This document shows positions 21,503-31,665 of a stretch of 64,000 bases of DNA, piece by piece; within the stretch, counting starts at the first letter, position 1; every line of letters starts with the position of its first letter. The notes below the pieces were generated by a model that was given only the letters and a program-made list of their open reading frames with translations, did no database searches and was not told where the DNA came from. The stretch comes from Lactobacillus sp. (GTDB lineage Bacteria > Bacillota > Bacilli > Lactobacillales > Lactobacillaceae): NCBI GenBank assembly GCA_022641965.1, contig JALCDX010000006.1, forward strand, positions 2,231 to 66,230, given 5' to 3'. A program made the position numbers and the translations under genes.

Positions 21503-22888
21503 ATGAACAAATACGTGGTTGTGCTGGCAGCTGGCAAAGGCACCCGGATGAAGTCCAAGCTGTACAAGGTTTTGCATAAAGTCTGCGGCAAAACGATGGT
21601 TGAACATGTTGTGGCAGCAGCTAAGGAAACCAAACCAGCTAAGATCGTCACGATTGTCGGTTCTGGGGCTGAAGATGTTGAACAAGTTTTGGCAGGGCAA
21701 AGCGAATTTGCTTTCCAAAAAGAACAACTGGGCACCGCTGATGCTGTTAAAACTGCTGGCCAGGCGCTAGCTGACAAAGAGGGCGACACCCTGGTTGTGA
21801 CTGGCGACACGCCGCTGTTTACGGGCGACACCTTCAACCACTTGTTTGCGTACCATGCAGAAAAAGGCAATGCTGCGACGGTTTTGACGGCTGAAGCGCC
21901 AAATCCGTTTGGCTATGGCCGAATTATTCGCGACGAGCAGGGCAATGTGCTGCGGATCGTGGAAGAAAAAGATGCTAAGCCGGTTGAAAAACAAATCAAA
22001 GAAATCAACACCGGCGTGTTCGTTTTCAACAACCAGCTGCTCTTTGAAGCTTTGAAACAGGTTAAGAACAACAATGCCCAGGGCGAATACTACTTGACGG
22101 ATGTGCTGGAGATTTTGCGTGAACAAGGCGAGCGCGTTGGTGCGTACAAGATGCCTGACTTTTCTGAAAGCTTGGGCGTTAACGACCGGATCGCGCTGGC
22201 TAAGGCCACCAAAATTATGCAGCGTCGGATCAATGAAGAGCACATGCGCAATGGTGTTTCCTTTATCGATCCTGACACGGCATATATTGATAGCGACGTT
22301 AAGATCGGCAATGATACGGTGATTGAAGGCGGCGTTGTCATTAAGGGCAAGACCGTGATTGGCAAGAACTGCTTGATTACCATGGGGTCAAGAATTGAAG
22401 ATTCTACGCTGGGCGACCATGTGACTGTTACTTCTTCAACTTTGCAAGAAGCTGAGATGGACGACAATACTGACATTGGTCCAAACTCGCACTTGCGGCC
22501 AAAGGCAGTTATCCGCCAGGGAGCACATGTCGGCAACTTCGTGGAGATCAAGAAGGCAGAAATTGGCGAAAATACTAAAGTTGGTCACTTGACTTACATC
22601 GGGGATGCCACTTTAGGCAAAGACATTAACGTTGGCTGCGGGGTAATCTTCTCCAACTATGATGGCGTCAAGAAGTTTCACTCATATGTTGGTGACCATG
22701 CCTTTGTCGGGGCTGGCGCAACCATCATCAACCCGATTAACGTGGCTGACCACTCATTTATTGCCGCTGACTCAACGATCACTAAAGACGTGAAGCGGTA
22801 TGAGATGGCGATTGCACGTGGCCGGCAGGTTAATAAGGAAGACTACTGGCACAAATTGCCATTGTCAAAAGATAAAGAGTGGCAATAA
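21503..22888 (+). CDS. glmU: Bifunctional UDP-GlcNAc pyrophosphorylase/GlcN-1-P acetyltransferase
   Basis: [11 protein letters not shown], hexapeptide repeats, GNFVEIK, NYDG. Confidence 0.96.
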   Translation: MNKYVVVLAAGKGTRMKSKLYKVLHKVCGKTMVEHVVAAAKETKPAKIVTIVGSGAEDVEQVLAGQSEFAFQKEQLGTADAVKTAGQALADKEGDTLVVTGDTPLFTGDTFNHLFAYHAEKGNAATVLTAEAPNPFGYGRIIRDEQGNVLRIVEEKDAKPVEKQIKEINTGVFVFNNQLLFEALKQVKNNNAQGEYYLTDVLEILREQGERVGAYKMPDFSESLGVNDRIALAKATKIMQRRINEEHMRNGVSFIDPDTAYIDSDVKIGNDTVIEGGVVIKGKTVIGKNCLITMGSRIEDSTLGDHVTVTSSTLQEAEMDDNTDIGPNSHLRPKAVIRQGAHVGNFVEIKKAEIGENTKVGHLTYIGDATLGKDINVGCGVIFSNYDGVKKFHSYVGDHAFVGAGATIINPINVADHSFIAADSTITKDVKRYEMAIARGRQVNKEDYWHKLPLSKDKEWQ

Positions 22889-23142
22889 AGGGCATATTTG
22901 CTAGAAAGATAACTGTCTGAGCTAGTTTTCTTATAAATTAGATTTAGTAACAAAGCATCGACTTCATGAAAAGCCGGTGCCTTTTTGCATGCAGCGGAAT
23001 AGCGGAAAAGTCAGCCTAAAAAAGGATAAATTATATGAAATTAAGATACAGAGTGGGGGGGCTGCACTTATTGACCAACTTTAGGAGTTATTTAATCCGA
23101 TTGAAATATATACCAAACACGTTCATGAATTCACATAATATG

Positions 23143-23156
23143 CGCAAGCGCTTTCA
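23143..23156. promoter_or_regulatory. Putative cre (CcpA) site upstream of surface-protein gene 1
   Basis: Minus strand reads TGAAAGCGCTTGCG, close to cre consensus. Confidence 0.5.
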
Positions 23157-23275
23157 GTTTTTTGATATAGCAAGTCTGTGTTTAATATATCCGTATCTCT
23201 TTTACAGAATTAATTTGATATGATTGGCATGAAAAGAATGTTCGTAGATTATGCAAAAGTGAGGTTATTAAAGAT

Positions 23276-24764
23276 ATGTCTAATAAAAATAGAATGATGG
23301 CCGGCAAGATGAACCGCAACCATTTCCGTTTCTCAATCAGAAAACTGAGTATTGGCGCCGCTTCAGTTCTGTTGGGTTTAGGTTGCGCTGGTGCATTGCA
23401 CAGTAACGTTCAAGCTTCTACACATATGACAGGGATTGTTCATGTCAACCCAGTTCCTAATCACCCAACTTGGAAGATCTTATTATGGAACGGTGAAGGC
23501 CATGGTACCGGCGTCTTCATCAAACCTAACACCAACTGGAAGGTTTACGAAAAGAAGTCGATGAATGGTCTGGATTATTACCGGATTGGTACTGACAGAC
23601 AATGGGTTGAAGCACAATACGTTGACGACTCTGGTGCTTCTGAAGTAGCAGGCAAGGCTATTTACACTGTTGGCTCAAACTCAGTTAACTTAGTAGACGG
23701 CAAAGGCAATGCTTCAGGTCAAGTCTTAGCACCAGGAACTAAGTGGAAGGCTTTTGCTAAGAAGAATATCAATGGTCAAACTTACTACCGTTTGGGTTCT
23801 GATCAGCAATGGGCTCCTGCTAATGGTGGTACCCTTGATGGCAGCGTTGCTGACGCTGGCAGCTACCAAGCTGAGCAAAATACTTCTTCAAACTCTAGCT
23901 CATCTTCTGATGATAGCTCAACTACTACCCCTACTACCCCAACCACTCCTAGTGAACCCAAAGAAGTTACAGAGTGGCGCACAAAGTTAGCCAAAAATGC
24001 ATAGGTTTCATACACTCCAAATGAACAAATTGTTAATGTTGATGATGTATTGACAGCCCACGGTGTTACATTACCAGAGGGCTATAATGCTATGTTCTCT
24101 AAAGCTAAAGATGGTACCCCTACTAAAAAAGCTCCTTTTGGAACTGATCATGAACAAACTTGGTCAATTGAGATCGATGACAATCATGGCAAGAAAGTCG
24201 GCGATTTCGAAACTCATTTTGAATTGCAATCGGCTGATGCAAAGCTAATAAGTGACATTACCCCTAAAATGGCAAAAAGCGTTGAAGTCGATTATGATGT
24301 AAACAACGAAGTGCAGATTTCGGAAGTGTTAAAAGCTCATGGTGTTACATTACCAGAGGGCTATAATGCTATGTTTAATAAAAATTCTGATAAAACACCA
24401 GTAACTGAGAATCAATTTGGCCCCGTAGGAATCCCACAAAAAGCTACTATCGAAATTGACAACAATAAGGGTGAAGAGATTGGTAAAGTGCCAACTACCT
24501 TTGTTTTGCAATACATCCAAGGTGGTTACTACCGCTTCTAATAAAGTGTCTGGCAATGAATTAGCTAAAGATTATGGCATTCAATTGCCAACTGGATACA
24601 ATGGATTGATCATTAACCAAAGTGGAAAAAAGGCTGATGAAAACCCTAATGGAAAAGTTGAATTTGGTAATGGTCGAACAGTAAAAGGATTTTCTTTAGA
24701 AATTGATGACAATCAAGGAAAACTTGTTGGTACTTATCCAATAACATTTAAAACACCAGCATAA
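23276..24764 (+). pseudogene. YSIRK-signal, SLAP-domain surface protein with three internal repeats; disrupted by an in-frame TAG (24002-24004) and a frameshift near 24510-24540
   Basis: FSIRKLSIGAASV signal; two WK..K.NG..YYR.G...W SLAP-like domains; ORFs 23276-24004 and 24050-24541 share a frame; the third repeat lies in ORF 24456-24764. Confidence 0.8.
24062..24375 (+). repeat. Internal coding repeat, 279-bp period (35-bp identical core at 24062-24096 and 24341-24375)
   Basis: GGTGTTACATTACCAGAGGGCTATAATGCTATGTT occurs twice; diverged copies near 24576 and 25796. Confidence 0.85.
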
Positions 24765-25017
24765 AGCAATTTGATTTTTAATATTTATGACTAAAGGTCT
24801 TCTCTCCTTATTTTGGAAAGAAGGCTTTTATTTGTGAATGAATTGATAAATGGTTATTTAACATAATTGTGACACGAGCCGCCATCTGCCCGCGAGTAGT
24901 TTGTTAGCGATTATAACATTTGCTTTTAGCTATCTATTGACATATTTAACTTACCAAATCCAAGATCACTGCTATGATGAGCTTGTATTGTTGAGTAATG
25001 GAATACGAGGAAGAAAT

Positions 25018-26629
25018 ATGTCAAATATGATTAAATTGGCATTAACAAAAATGAATCGAAATCATTTTAGCTATGCAATCCGTAAGTTAACTATCGGTAC
25101 TGCCGCTGTGCTTTTAGGGGGGGGTAATTGGGCTTAGTACATTAACTAATCACGCTAACGCCGCTTCTACTCGCATGACTGGTGTCGTTCATGCCAACTA
25201 TGTCCCTAACCACCCAACTTGGAAGATTTTGCTGTGGGATGGTGAAGGCCATGGTACTGGCGTTTTCATTAAACCTAACACTGATTGGAAAGTCTTTGAG
25301 AAAAAGAATATCAACGGTCTTGAATATTATCGCTTGGGTACAGATAAGCAATGGGTTCAAGCTAGATGGGTAGATGCATCAAGAGCTAAAGAGTCTACCC
25401 CAACGACTAAGCGTGCAATCTTTACTACCAACAGTGAAGTTTCCTTAGTTGATGGTAACGGCAATGCAACAGGTGCAACTTTGCCGGCTAATACTGATTG
25501 GAAAGCTTTTGCTTCTAAGATTATCAACGGCAAGACTTATTATCGTTTAGGTACTGACAAGCAATGGGCTCCAGCAGCTAATGGCTCATTGAAGGGCAGC
25601 GTTCCATCAGAAGGCAGTTATGATAGCTCCAGCAGTTATGCTCCTTCTGACAACGACTCGACTTCAACAACCAATCCTTCTGATCAGAAAGCTCAGCTAA
25701 TTAATAAATTACGCACCGAATTAGCTAAAAATGTTGATGTTCCTTACGTTGGAACTAACCAAATTGTGAAGATTTCTGATCTGTTGTCAGCACACGGCGT
25801 AACATTGCCAGAAGGCTACAACGCTATGTTCTCTAAGGCAGCAGATGGTACTCCTACTACAGAAGCTCCTTTTGGCCCAACCGATCAAGAACTTACTTAT
25901 TCAATTGAAATTGATGACAACCATGGTAGCAAAGTTGGCAATTTTGAAACCCACTTAACCTTAAACTCTGCTAAAGCTGGCGACACGCAAGTTATTTATT
26001 TAGCAAAATCGAATCAAACTGAAGCAGAGATTGTTCAAAATAATAGTCAAGAATACTTTAATTTGGAGTATGTTACCGAAGATGGTACGCTGTATAAAAA
26101 AGTAGATACTGGTAATTATTCAGGTACTATCGGTGCTAAAACAGGTATTTCTTCAGATGATGTAAACAGTTTGAAATCCGATGGCTATAAACTTCATAAT
26201 GCGTCTGAAGAGGTAACAATTGAAGCTGGAAATGTTGAAAGTCCTCATATCCAGTATGTCATCGTGGACCCAATTCACGATACAAGTGCAAAAGCAGCAT
26301 TAAGTTCAGATGATCAAACCAAACTTGGTAGTTTGGATACGCCTGACAAAGATGATTTACCTTCATCGGGCTGGGCAGATTTTGCGTTCTCTCCAGATCA
26401 ATATCTTGAAAAACGCTTAGGCAAGTCTTTGACGGAATTAGGTATAACTAATGCGGCATTTGATAAAGCAGTTTCTTATGGCTTTGATCCTGCTACAATT
26501 ACGACGGACACAGATTTGAAACAAGTTCCTAATACAACAAACATGTATTACTGCAGCCGTACTTTAACTTATACAGATGCTCAAGGTACACACCACATTC
26601 CTGTTAAAATAGTTGTTAAAATTGGTTAA
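25018..26629 (+). pseudogene. Paralogous YSIRK/SLAP surface protein, frameshifted at a G8 tract (25117-25124) in the signal peptide; candidate phase-variable gene
   Basis: MSNMIK...YAIRKLTIGTAAVLLG in one frame, MTGVVHANYVPNHPTWK in another; removing one G joins them (LLGGVIGLSTLTNHANAASTRMTG). Confidence 0.8.
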
Positions 26630-26645
26630 TCTTTACCGTTCTCAC

Positions 26646-26688
26646 AAAGTCTAAAACCGCGCTTTCGCGGATTTAGGCTTTTTTATTT
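26646..26688 (+). terminator. Intrinsic terminator after surface protein 2
   Basis: AAGTCTAAAACCGCG-cttt-CGCGGATTTAGGCTT then T run. Confidence 0.75.
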
Positions 26689-26784
26689 ATCCGAACATAA
26701 TTTGACTAACTCAGCGCAAACGTCCACTCTAAAAATAGATAGATAAAACGCTTACATTATGATTGCTAAAGAGGGAGCCAGATT

Positions 26785-27243
26785 ATGTCAGTCAAAACAT
26801 TAGTTGCCTATTATACTTGGTCCGGCAATACCGAGCAGGTCGCTGAAAAGATCCATCATCAGATGCCTGGCAGTGATTTATTTCAAATTCAAGTTGCCGC
26901 TAATGTCTTTTCAAAAGACATGTATAAAACCAGTGATATCGCCCGCCACCAATTAGTGACGCAGGAATTTCCCAAACTGCTTGGTCAGCTGCCTGATTTC
27001 AGACAGTATGGCGCTATCCTGATTGGATCGCCGATTTGGGACAACCGTCCAGCTACGCCAGTTTATAGTTTTTTGAAGCAGATCGGCCGGCCGTATGAAG
27101 GCAAAATCGCCATGTTTTACACGTCGACTGGACAAGATAATAAGGCGGGGGCTGTGTTCGGAGATTGGGTTAAACAAACGTGTCCATATGCCCAATGCCT
27201 CCTGTCTTATGAAAATGAGGAAGGCTTAAAATACTGGTTTTAA
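26785..27243 (+). CDS. Flavodoxin-like protein (Flavodoxin_4 type)
   Basis: LVAYYTWSGNTEQVA FMN loop, IGSPIWD; cre-like ATAAAACGCTTACA at 26743-26756. Confidence 0.85.
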   Translation: MSVKTLVAYYTWSGNTEQVAEKIHHQMPGSDLFQIQVAANVFSKDMYKTSDIARHQLVTQEFPKLLGQLPDFRQYGAILIGSPIWDNRPATPVYSFLKQIGRPYEGKIAMFYTSTGQDNKAGAVFGDWVKQTCPYAQCLLSYENEEGLKYWF

Positions 27244-27372
27244 GTGCATATCAGCAGCTAGGAAAATTTCCTGGCTGCTTTTTTTGATAAAATGCGATTA
27301 ACTTCACAATTTGCCTGCGAAATTGGTCGCTTTTTGTTAAAATAGGACTGTGATTAATACGAGGAGGAAATC

Positions 27373-28335
27373 ATGTCCGCAAGTAATAAAATGAAGCTGT
27401 TTGCTTTAAATGGGAACCTGCCTTTGGCTGAAAAGATTGCTGACCGTGTTGGTGTGCCACTAGGCAAGTCTAGCGTTAAGCGCTTTTCTGACGGTGAAAT
27501 TCAGATTAATATTGATGAATCCGTCCGGGGCTGCGATGTGTACTTGATTCAATCAACCAGTGCACCAGTCAATGACAACTTGATGGAACTGCTGATTATG
27601 ATTGATGCCGTTAGACGTGCATCAGCTAACACTGTCAACGTGGTCATGCCTTACTACGGCTACGCTCGTCAGGACCGCAAGACTAGAGCCCGTGAACCAA
27701 TCACTGCGAAACTGGTTGCCAATATGCTTGAACGGGCTGGTGCTGACCGGGTGCTGGGTCTGGACTTGCACGCAGCGCAAATCCAAGGCTTCTTCGATAT
27801 TCCTTCAGACAACCTGATGGGTGCACCGCTCTTGGCTGATTACTTCCTGCGTCACCACTTGGAAAAGGATGCCGTTGTTGTATCGCCTGACCACGGCGGC
27901 GTTAGCCGGGCACGGAAATTAGCCGAATTCCTGCACACCCCAATTGCAATTGTTGATAAGCGCCGTCCACGTGCCAATGTTGCCGAAGTTATGAACATCA
28001 TTGGTGATGTTAAAGGCAAACGGGCAATCATTATCGACGATATGATCGATACTGCCGGAACGATTACCTTAGCTTCCCAGGCTTTAATTGACGCTGGTGC
28101 AACTGAAGTTTATGCTAGTGCTACTCACGCTGTTTTATCAGGCCCAGCTATTAAACGCTTGAATGATTCACCGATCAAGACGTTAGTCTTGACTGACTCA
28201 ATCAACCAACCAGCTGAAAAGAAGCTGGACAAGATGGTCTTGCTGTCAGTTGGGCCATTGATCGGGGATGCAATTAAGCGGATTCAGAATAATGAACCAG
28301 TTAGCCCATTGTTTGATGAACGCTACCAACAATAA
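27373..28335 (+). CDS. prs: Ribose-phosphate pyrophosphokinase
   Basis: [36 protein letters not shown]. Confidence 0.96.
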   Translation: MSASNKMKLFALNGNLPLAEKIADRVGVPLGKSSVKRFSDGEIQINIDESVRGCDVYLIQSTSAPVNDNLMELLIMIDAVRRASANTVNVVMPYYGYARQDRKTRAREPITAKLVANMLERAGADRVLGLDLHAAQIQGFFDIPSDNLMGAPLLADYFLRHHLEKDAVVVSPDHGGVSRARKLAEFLHTPIAIVDKRRPRANVAEVMNIIGDVKGKRAIIIDDMIDTAGTITLASQALIDAGATEVYASATHAVLSGPAIKRLNDSPIKTLVLTDSINQPAEKKLDKMVLLSVGPLIGDAIKRIQNNEPVSPLFDERYQQ

Positions 28336-28352
28336 TTTATTATCGAAATTGC

Positions 28353-28380
28353 AAAAGGCTTCCATGAGGAAGCCTTTTTT
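28353..28380 (+). terminator. Intrinsic terminator after prs
   Basis: AAAAGGCTTCC-atga-GGAAGCCTTTTTT. Confidence 0.85.
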
Positions 28381-28393
28381 GTGTTTGATAATA

Positions 28394-28495
28394 AATTGAC
28401 TTATAGGTCAACTTTTGCCCAAAATTGCATAAAAATTGACTTATAAGTCAATTTTTATGGAGAAACAGGATATAATTGACTTATAAGTCAATTAT
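28394..28495. repeat. Three palindromic AATTGACTTATAAGTCAATT units with an exact 40-bp period (putative operator array)
   Basis: Cores TTGACTTATA(G/A)GTCAA start at 28396, 28436 and 28476; the 20-bp spacers are unrelated. Confidence 0.92.
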
Positions 28496-28511
28496 TAAGG
28501 AGATATGACAA

Positions 28512-29732
28512 ATGATGGAATTGATGCCGCGCCCAGCATATTTGCAAAAACTGCTGCGCTTTAAGAATAGCAATTTTATTAAGGTAATTACTGGCGTCCG
28601 TCGTGGTGGCAAATCCTATCTGCTTTTGCTGTATAAACAATATTTAGAGCAGCATGGAGTGAGTGATCGGCAGATTATCTATCTTTCATTTGAAGATCTG
28701 AAACACTATCAGCTGCGCAATATGCAGGCCTTATATGCTTATTTGCAAAAACAAATCATTCCGAATCAGCGCATGTATTTTCTGCTTGACGAAATTCAGC
28801 TCGTCGATGACTGGCAAGAAGTTGTTAATAGTTTGCGCCTGTCTGAGCTTAACGATATTACGATCACTGGCAGCAATGCCCAAATACTCAGTGGTGATTT
28901 ATCTACTCGGATTGCTGGTCGTTACGTGGAAATAAAAGTCTATCCGCTATCATTTCAAGAATTTGCAGCTTGGCGATTAGGTACTGAATATGATCAGCGG
29001 CAGTTACTAAAGTGCTATCGGCAATATTTGCAAATTGGAGGCTTTCCTGCAGTTGCTTTAGCAGATGCAGACTTGCGCCCGACTATCCTATCAGGCATCT
29101 ACAACACGATTTTGCTAAAAGATATTAATGTTCGTAGCAATATTCGCGATGCCAATATGGTAACTTTGGTTTCTTCATATTTGGCTGATACAGTGGGTCA
29201 ATTGATCAATCCTAATAAAATCGTGCGTACTTTGCAATCTTCTGATCCTCATAATCAAAAATTATCTTATCGGTTCGTGGCAAAATTGCTACGCAGTTTT
29301 CAAGATGCATATTTGTTCGAACGAGCTGAGCGCTACGATATTCGCGGGCGCAAACGCCTGACTTCTCAGGGAAAGTATTATATTGTCGATCAAGGTCTGC
29401 GCCGCTTTATTTTAGGCTCTGAACAGAATAACCGTGGCAGTGAATTAGAAAATGTAGTTTATTTGGAACTACTGCGCCGCGGCTATCAAGTGGAAGTGGG
29501 TAAATTAGATGAAAAAGAAATCGACTTTATTGCAAGTAAAGGGGAAGATTTACAATACGTGCAAGTCACGTTGAAATTGCCGGAAAATTCTACGCGAGAA
29601 ACAGACAATTTGTTGGCAATTCCTAATAATTTTCAAAAGCTGGTAATTTCAGGCAGCATAGAGGAGTATGACCAAATTGCTGGCATTCCTGTGGTCAATA
29701 TTATTGATTGGCTGCTGAATCAATCCAAATAA
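28512..29732 (+). CDS. AAA_14 ATPase with DUF4143 and C-terminal PD-(D/E)XK-like domain
   Basis: Walker A GVRRGGKS, Walker B LLDEIQ, ITGSNA, KYYIVDQG, ELENVVYLEL, EIDFIA...YVQV. Confidence 0.85.
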   Translation: MMELMPRPAYLQKLLRFKNSNFIKVITGVRRGGKSYLLLLYKQYLEQHGVSDRQIIYLSFEDLKHYQLRNMQALYAYLQKQIIPNQRMYFLLDEIQLVDDWQEVVNSLRLSELNDITITGSNAQILSGDLSTRIAGRYVEIKVYPLSFQEFAAWRLGTEYDQRQLLKCYRQYLQIGGFPAVALADADLRPTILSGIYNTILLKDINVRSNIRDANMVTLVSSYLADTVGQLINPNKIVRTLQSSDPHNQKLSYRFVAKLLRSFQDAYLFERAERYDIRGRKRLTSQGKYYIVDQGLRRFILGSEQNNRGSELENVVYLELLRRGYQVEVGKLDEKEIDFIASKGEDLQYVQVTLKLPENSTRETDNLLAIPNNFQKLVISGSIEEYDQIAGIPVVNIIDWLLNQSK

Positions 29733-29759
29733 AAAATCCCCACAACTGCGAGGATCAAT

Positions 29760-31121
29760 TTACTTTTGCTTTGGCTGCCGCAAATAATGCAGGCGGCCAT
29801 TTTTAATGTACTTTTGAAATTCTTGATACAGCGGGTCAAACAATTGCGGTTCGTCCGATTGGTGCAGCATCATTTTCGGGAAGAAGAAGCGCTTGTCGCC
29901 CTGGAAAGTCCCATTCAAGGCCTTGACTAGCGGCGACAGCTGGGACAATTCAACCAAGCTGCCATCTTCTTGGTGCAGCTCAATTTGACTATTAGCATTT
30001 TTGCCAGTTGGTTTGTAAGAATCGTACGGCTGATCAAACGCGGAATTAATTGCCGTGTAGTAGTCAGGGTCAAACCCGGCTTGCTTGATCAAATTGCGCA
30101 TCTTAGGCAGCAGGTTTTTCGTTGAGTCATCGATTTGAATTGAAGCAAGCGGTTTGCGGTACAAGTAGCGCTTAGCTAAATCCGCCAAAATTGGGTCAGG
30201 ATTGTCCGTCCATAATAAGAAGTTGGTTTCCATCACCCCGTCATCAAGCTGCAAATAATCGTTTAAAGTCCAGTCATCTTTTAAAAAGGCGGCTAGCTGC
30301 GGGCTGACTGGCAAAGTGTGGTGATTGAAAACATATTTTGCCCGCATCAGCAAATGCTGCAGGACGACTTCCATCCCGCGGCTGGCTGGGTGGAAATAGA
30401 CTTGCTGGTACATCTGGTAGCGTGACACTACATAATCTTCCACTGCGTGCATCCCGCGATTTTCAAAACAGATGCCATCAGCATACGGACGGATGACCCG
30501 CAAGAGCCGGTACAAATCAAACGCCCCGTAAGAAACGCCAGTAAAATAGGCATCCCGCAGCAAATAATCCATCCGGTCGGCATCAGCCTGACTAGAAATC
30601 AATTTAACTACTTGCGGGTTAGGATAGGTTTTGGCGATAACGCTAGCGACCTGTTCAGGAAAGTTGGGCCCGACTTTTCGCAAAGCCGCGTTAATTTCGG
30701 TGTTTTGGTCGAGCATGATCTGTTGGCCCATCTTTTCATGGTTAGTCCCAAAAATGTGCTCAAAAGTATGCGAATACGGGCCATGCCCTAAGTCATGCAG
30801 CAGGGCCGCACATTCAACCAGTAGATCATTGTTAGGATCCCACAGCCCGTCGCCTGGCCGCTGACTAGGATATTTGCGGTCGAACGTTTCACAAATCCGC
30901 AGGGTCAGTTCGTAAACGCCCAAGTTGTGTTCAAATCTGGTATGCGTTGCTCCCGGGAAAACGTACGAGGCGGGGCCTAATTGTTTGATCCGGCGCAGGC
31001 GCTGAAATTCTTTGGCATTCAGCAGATCATAGATAACCTGCCGATTGATATGAATGTATGAATGAACCGGGTCGCGCAGGACTTTTTCTTCTCGCAGCCG
31101 CGGACTATAAAATCTCACCAT
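29760..31121 (-). CDS. HD-domain phosphohydrolase (YwfO / dNTP triphosphohydrolase-like)
   Basis: RDPVH, FQRLRRIKQLG, HTRFEH, LLHDLGHGPYSH, DADRMDYL. Confidence 0.9.
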   Translation of the reverse strand: MVRFYSPRLREEKVLRDPVHSYIHINRQVIYDLLNAKEFQRLRRIKQLGPASYVFPGATHTRFEHNLGVYELTLRICETFDRKYPSQRPGDGLWDPNNDLLVECAALLHDLGHGPYSHTFEHIFGTNHEKMGQQIMLDQNTEINAALRKVGPNFPEQVASVIAKTYPNPQVVKLISSQADADRMDYLLRDAYFTGVSYGAFDLYRLLRVIRPYADGICFENRGMHAVEDYVVSRYQMYQQVYFHPASRGMEVVLQHLLMRAKYVFNHHTLPVSPQLAAFLKDDWTLNDYLQLDDGVMETNFLLWTDNPDPILADLAKRYLYRKPLASIQIDDSTKNLLPKMRNLIKQAGFDPDYYTAINSAFDQPYDSYKPTGKNANSQIELHQEDGSLVELSQLSPLVKALNGTFQGDKRFFFPKMMLHQSDEPQLFDPLYQEFQKYIKNGRLHYLRQPKQK

Positions 31122-31229
31122 TTATTTTGTCTTTTTCTGTTTAATCACTTAAAATATAAATTGGATTGTTAGGGCCATTATAGCAAAAAGCTGTTCAAAC
31201 AGTGAAATAAGGCGGGATTGAGGCTGGTT

Positions 31230-31616
31230 TTGACCAAGGTAGCGATTAATTTTTACAGCAAAATTGTGCAAGAAAATGAGAGCGAAGAGTTTAACCAGCA
31301 GGTCGCAGGCGAAATTAAGCAAACTGGCGCGGTGACGCGGATTGCTTATACTGATGAAAATGGCGCCCAGGTGCAGATGCTGCTGACGCCGGCCAAGTTA
31401 ATTATTTCTCGCCGCCAAGGCACAAGCTCATCGTTGCTGCGTCTGGCACCAGGCGAAAGCTTGTCCTGCCAGGTGAGTGCTGCTGGCCGCCAAATGGACT
31501 TGTCCAGCCAGACAAGCTTGCTGGAGTTTACAGACACTAAGCTGGAGGTTGAATACCAACTCTTCAGTGGACTATACTTAGTAGGTAATTATACGGTCAG
31601 ATTGCTTTTTGACTAG
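31230..31616 (+). CDS. DUF1934 family protein
   Basis: Beta-rich protein in the conserved slot between the HD protein and rpoE; TTG start after GAGG. Confidence 0.7.
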   Translation: MTKVAINFYSKIVQENESEEFNQQVAGEIKQTGAVTRIAYTDENGAQVQMLLTPAKLIISRRQGTSSSLLRLAPGESLSCQVSAAGRQMDLSSQTSLLEFTDTKLEVEYQLFSGLYLVGNYTVRLLFD

Positions 31617-31665
31617 CCACCAGGTATGATGGTGGGCAGACTGATTTTTGAAAGGACGTTGGATT

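Noticed and set aside
23035-23223. 62-aa ORF upstream of surface protein 1
   Set aside because: No recognisable features; it spans the G7 tract, cre site and likely promoter DNA.
26692-26705. Possible LexA box CGAACATAATTTGA upstream of the flavodoxin
   Set aside because: Only one half-site matches.
28394-28495. CRISPR array interpretation of the 40-bp periodic palindromes
   Set aside because: Only three units; 20-bp repeats and 20-bp spacers are too short; repeats are loopless palindromes; no cas genes in the window.
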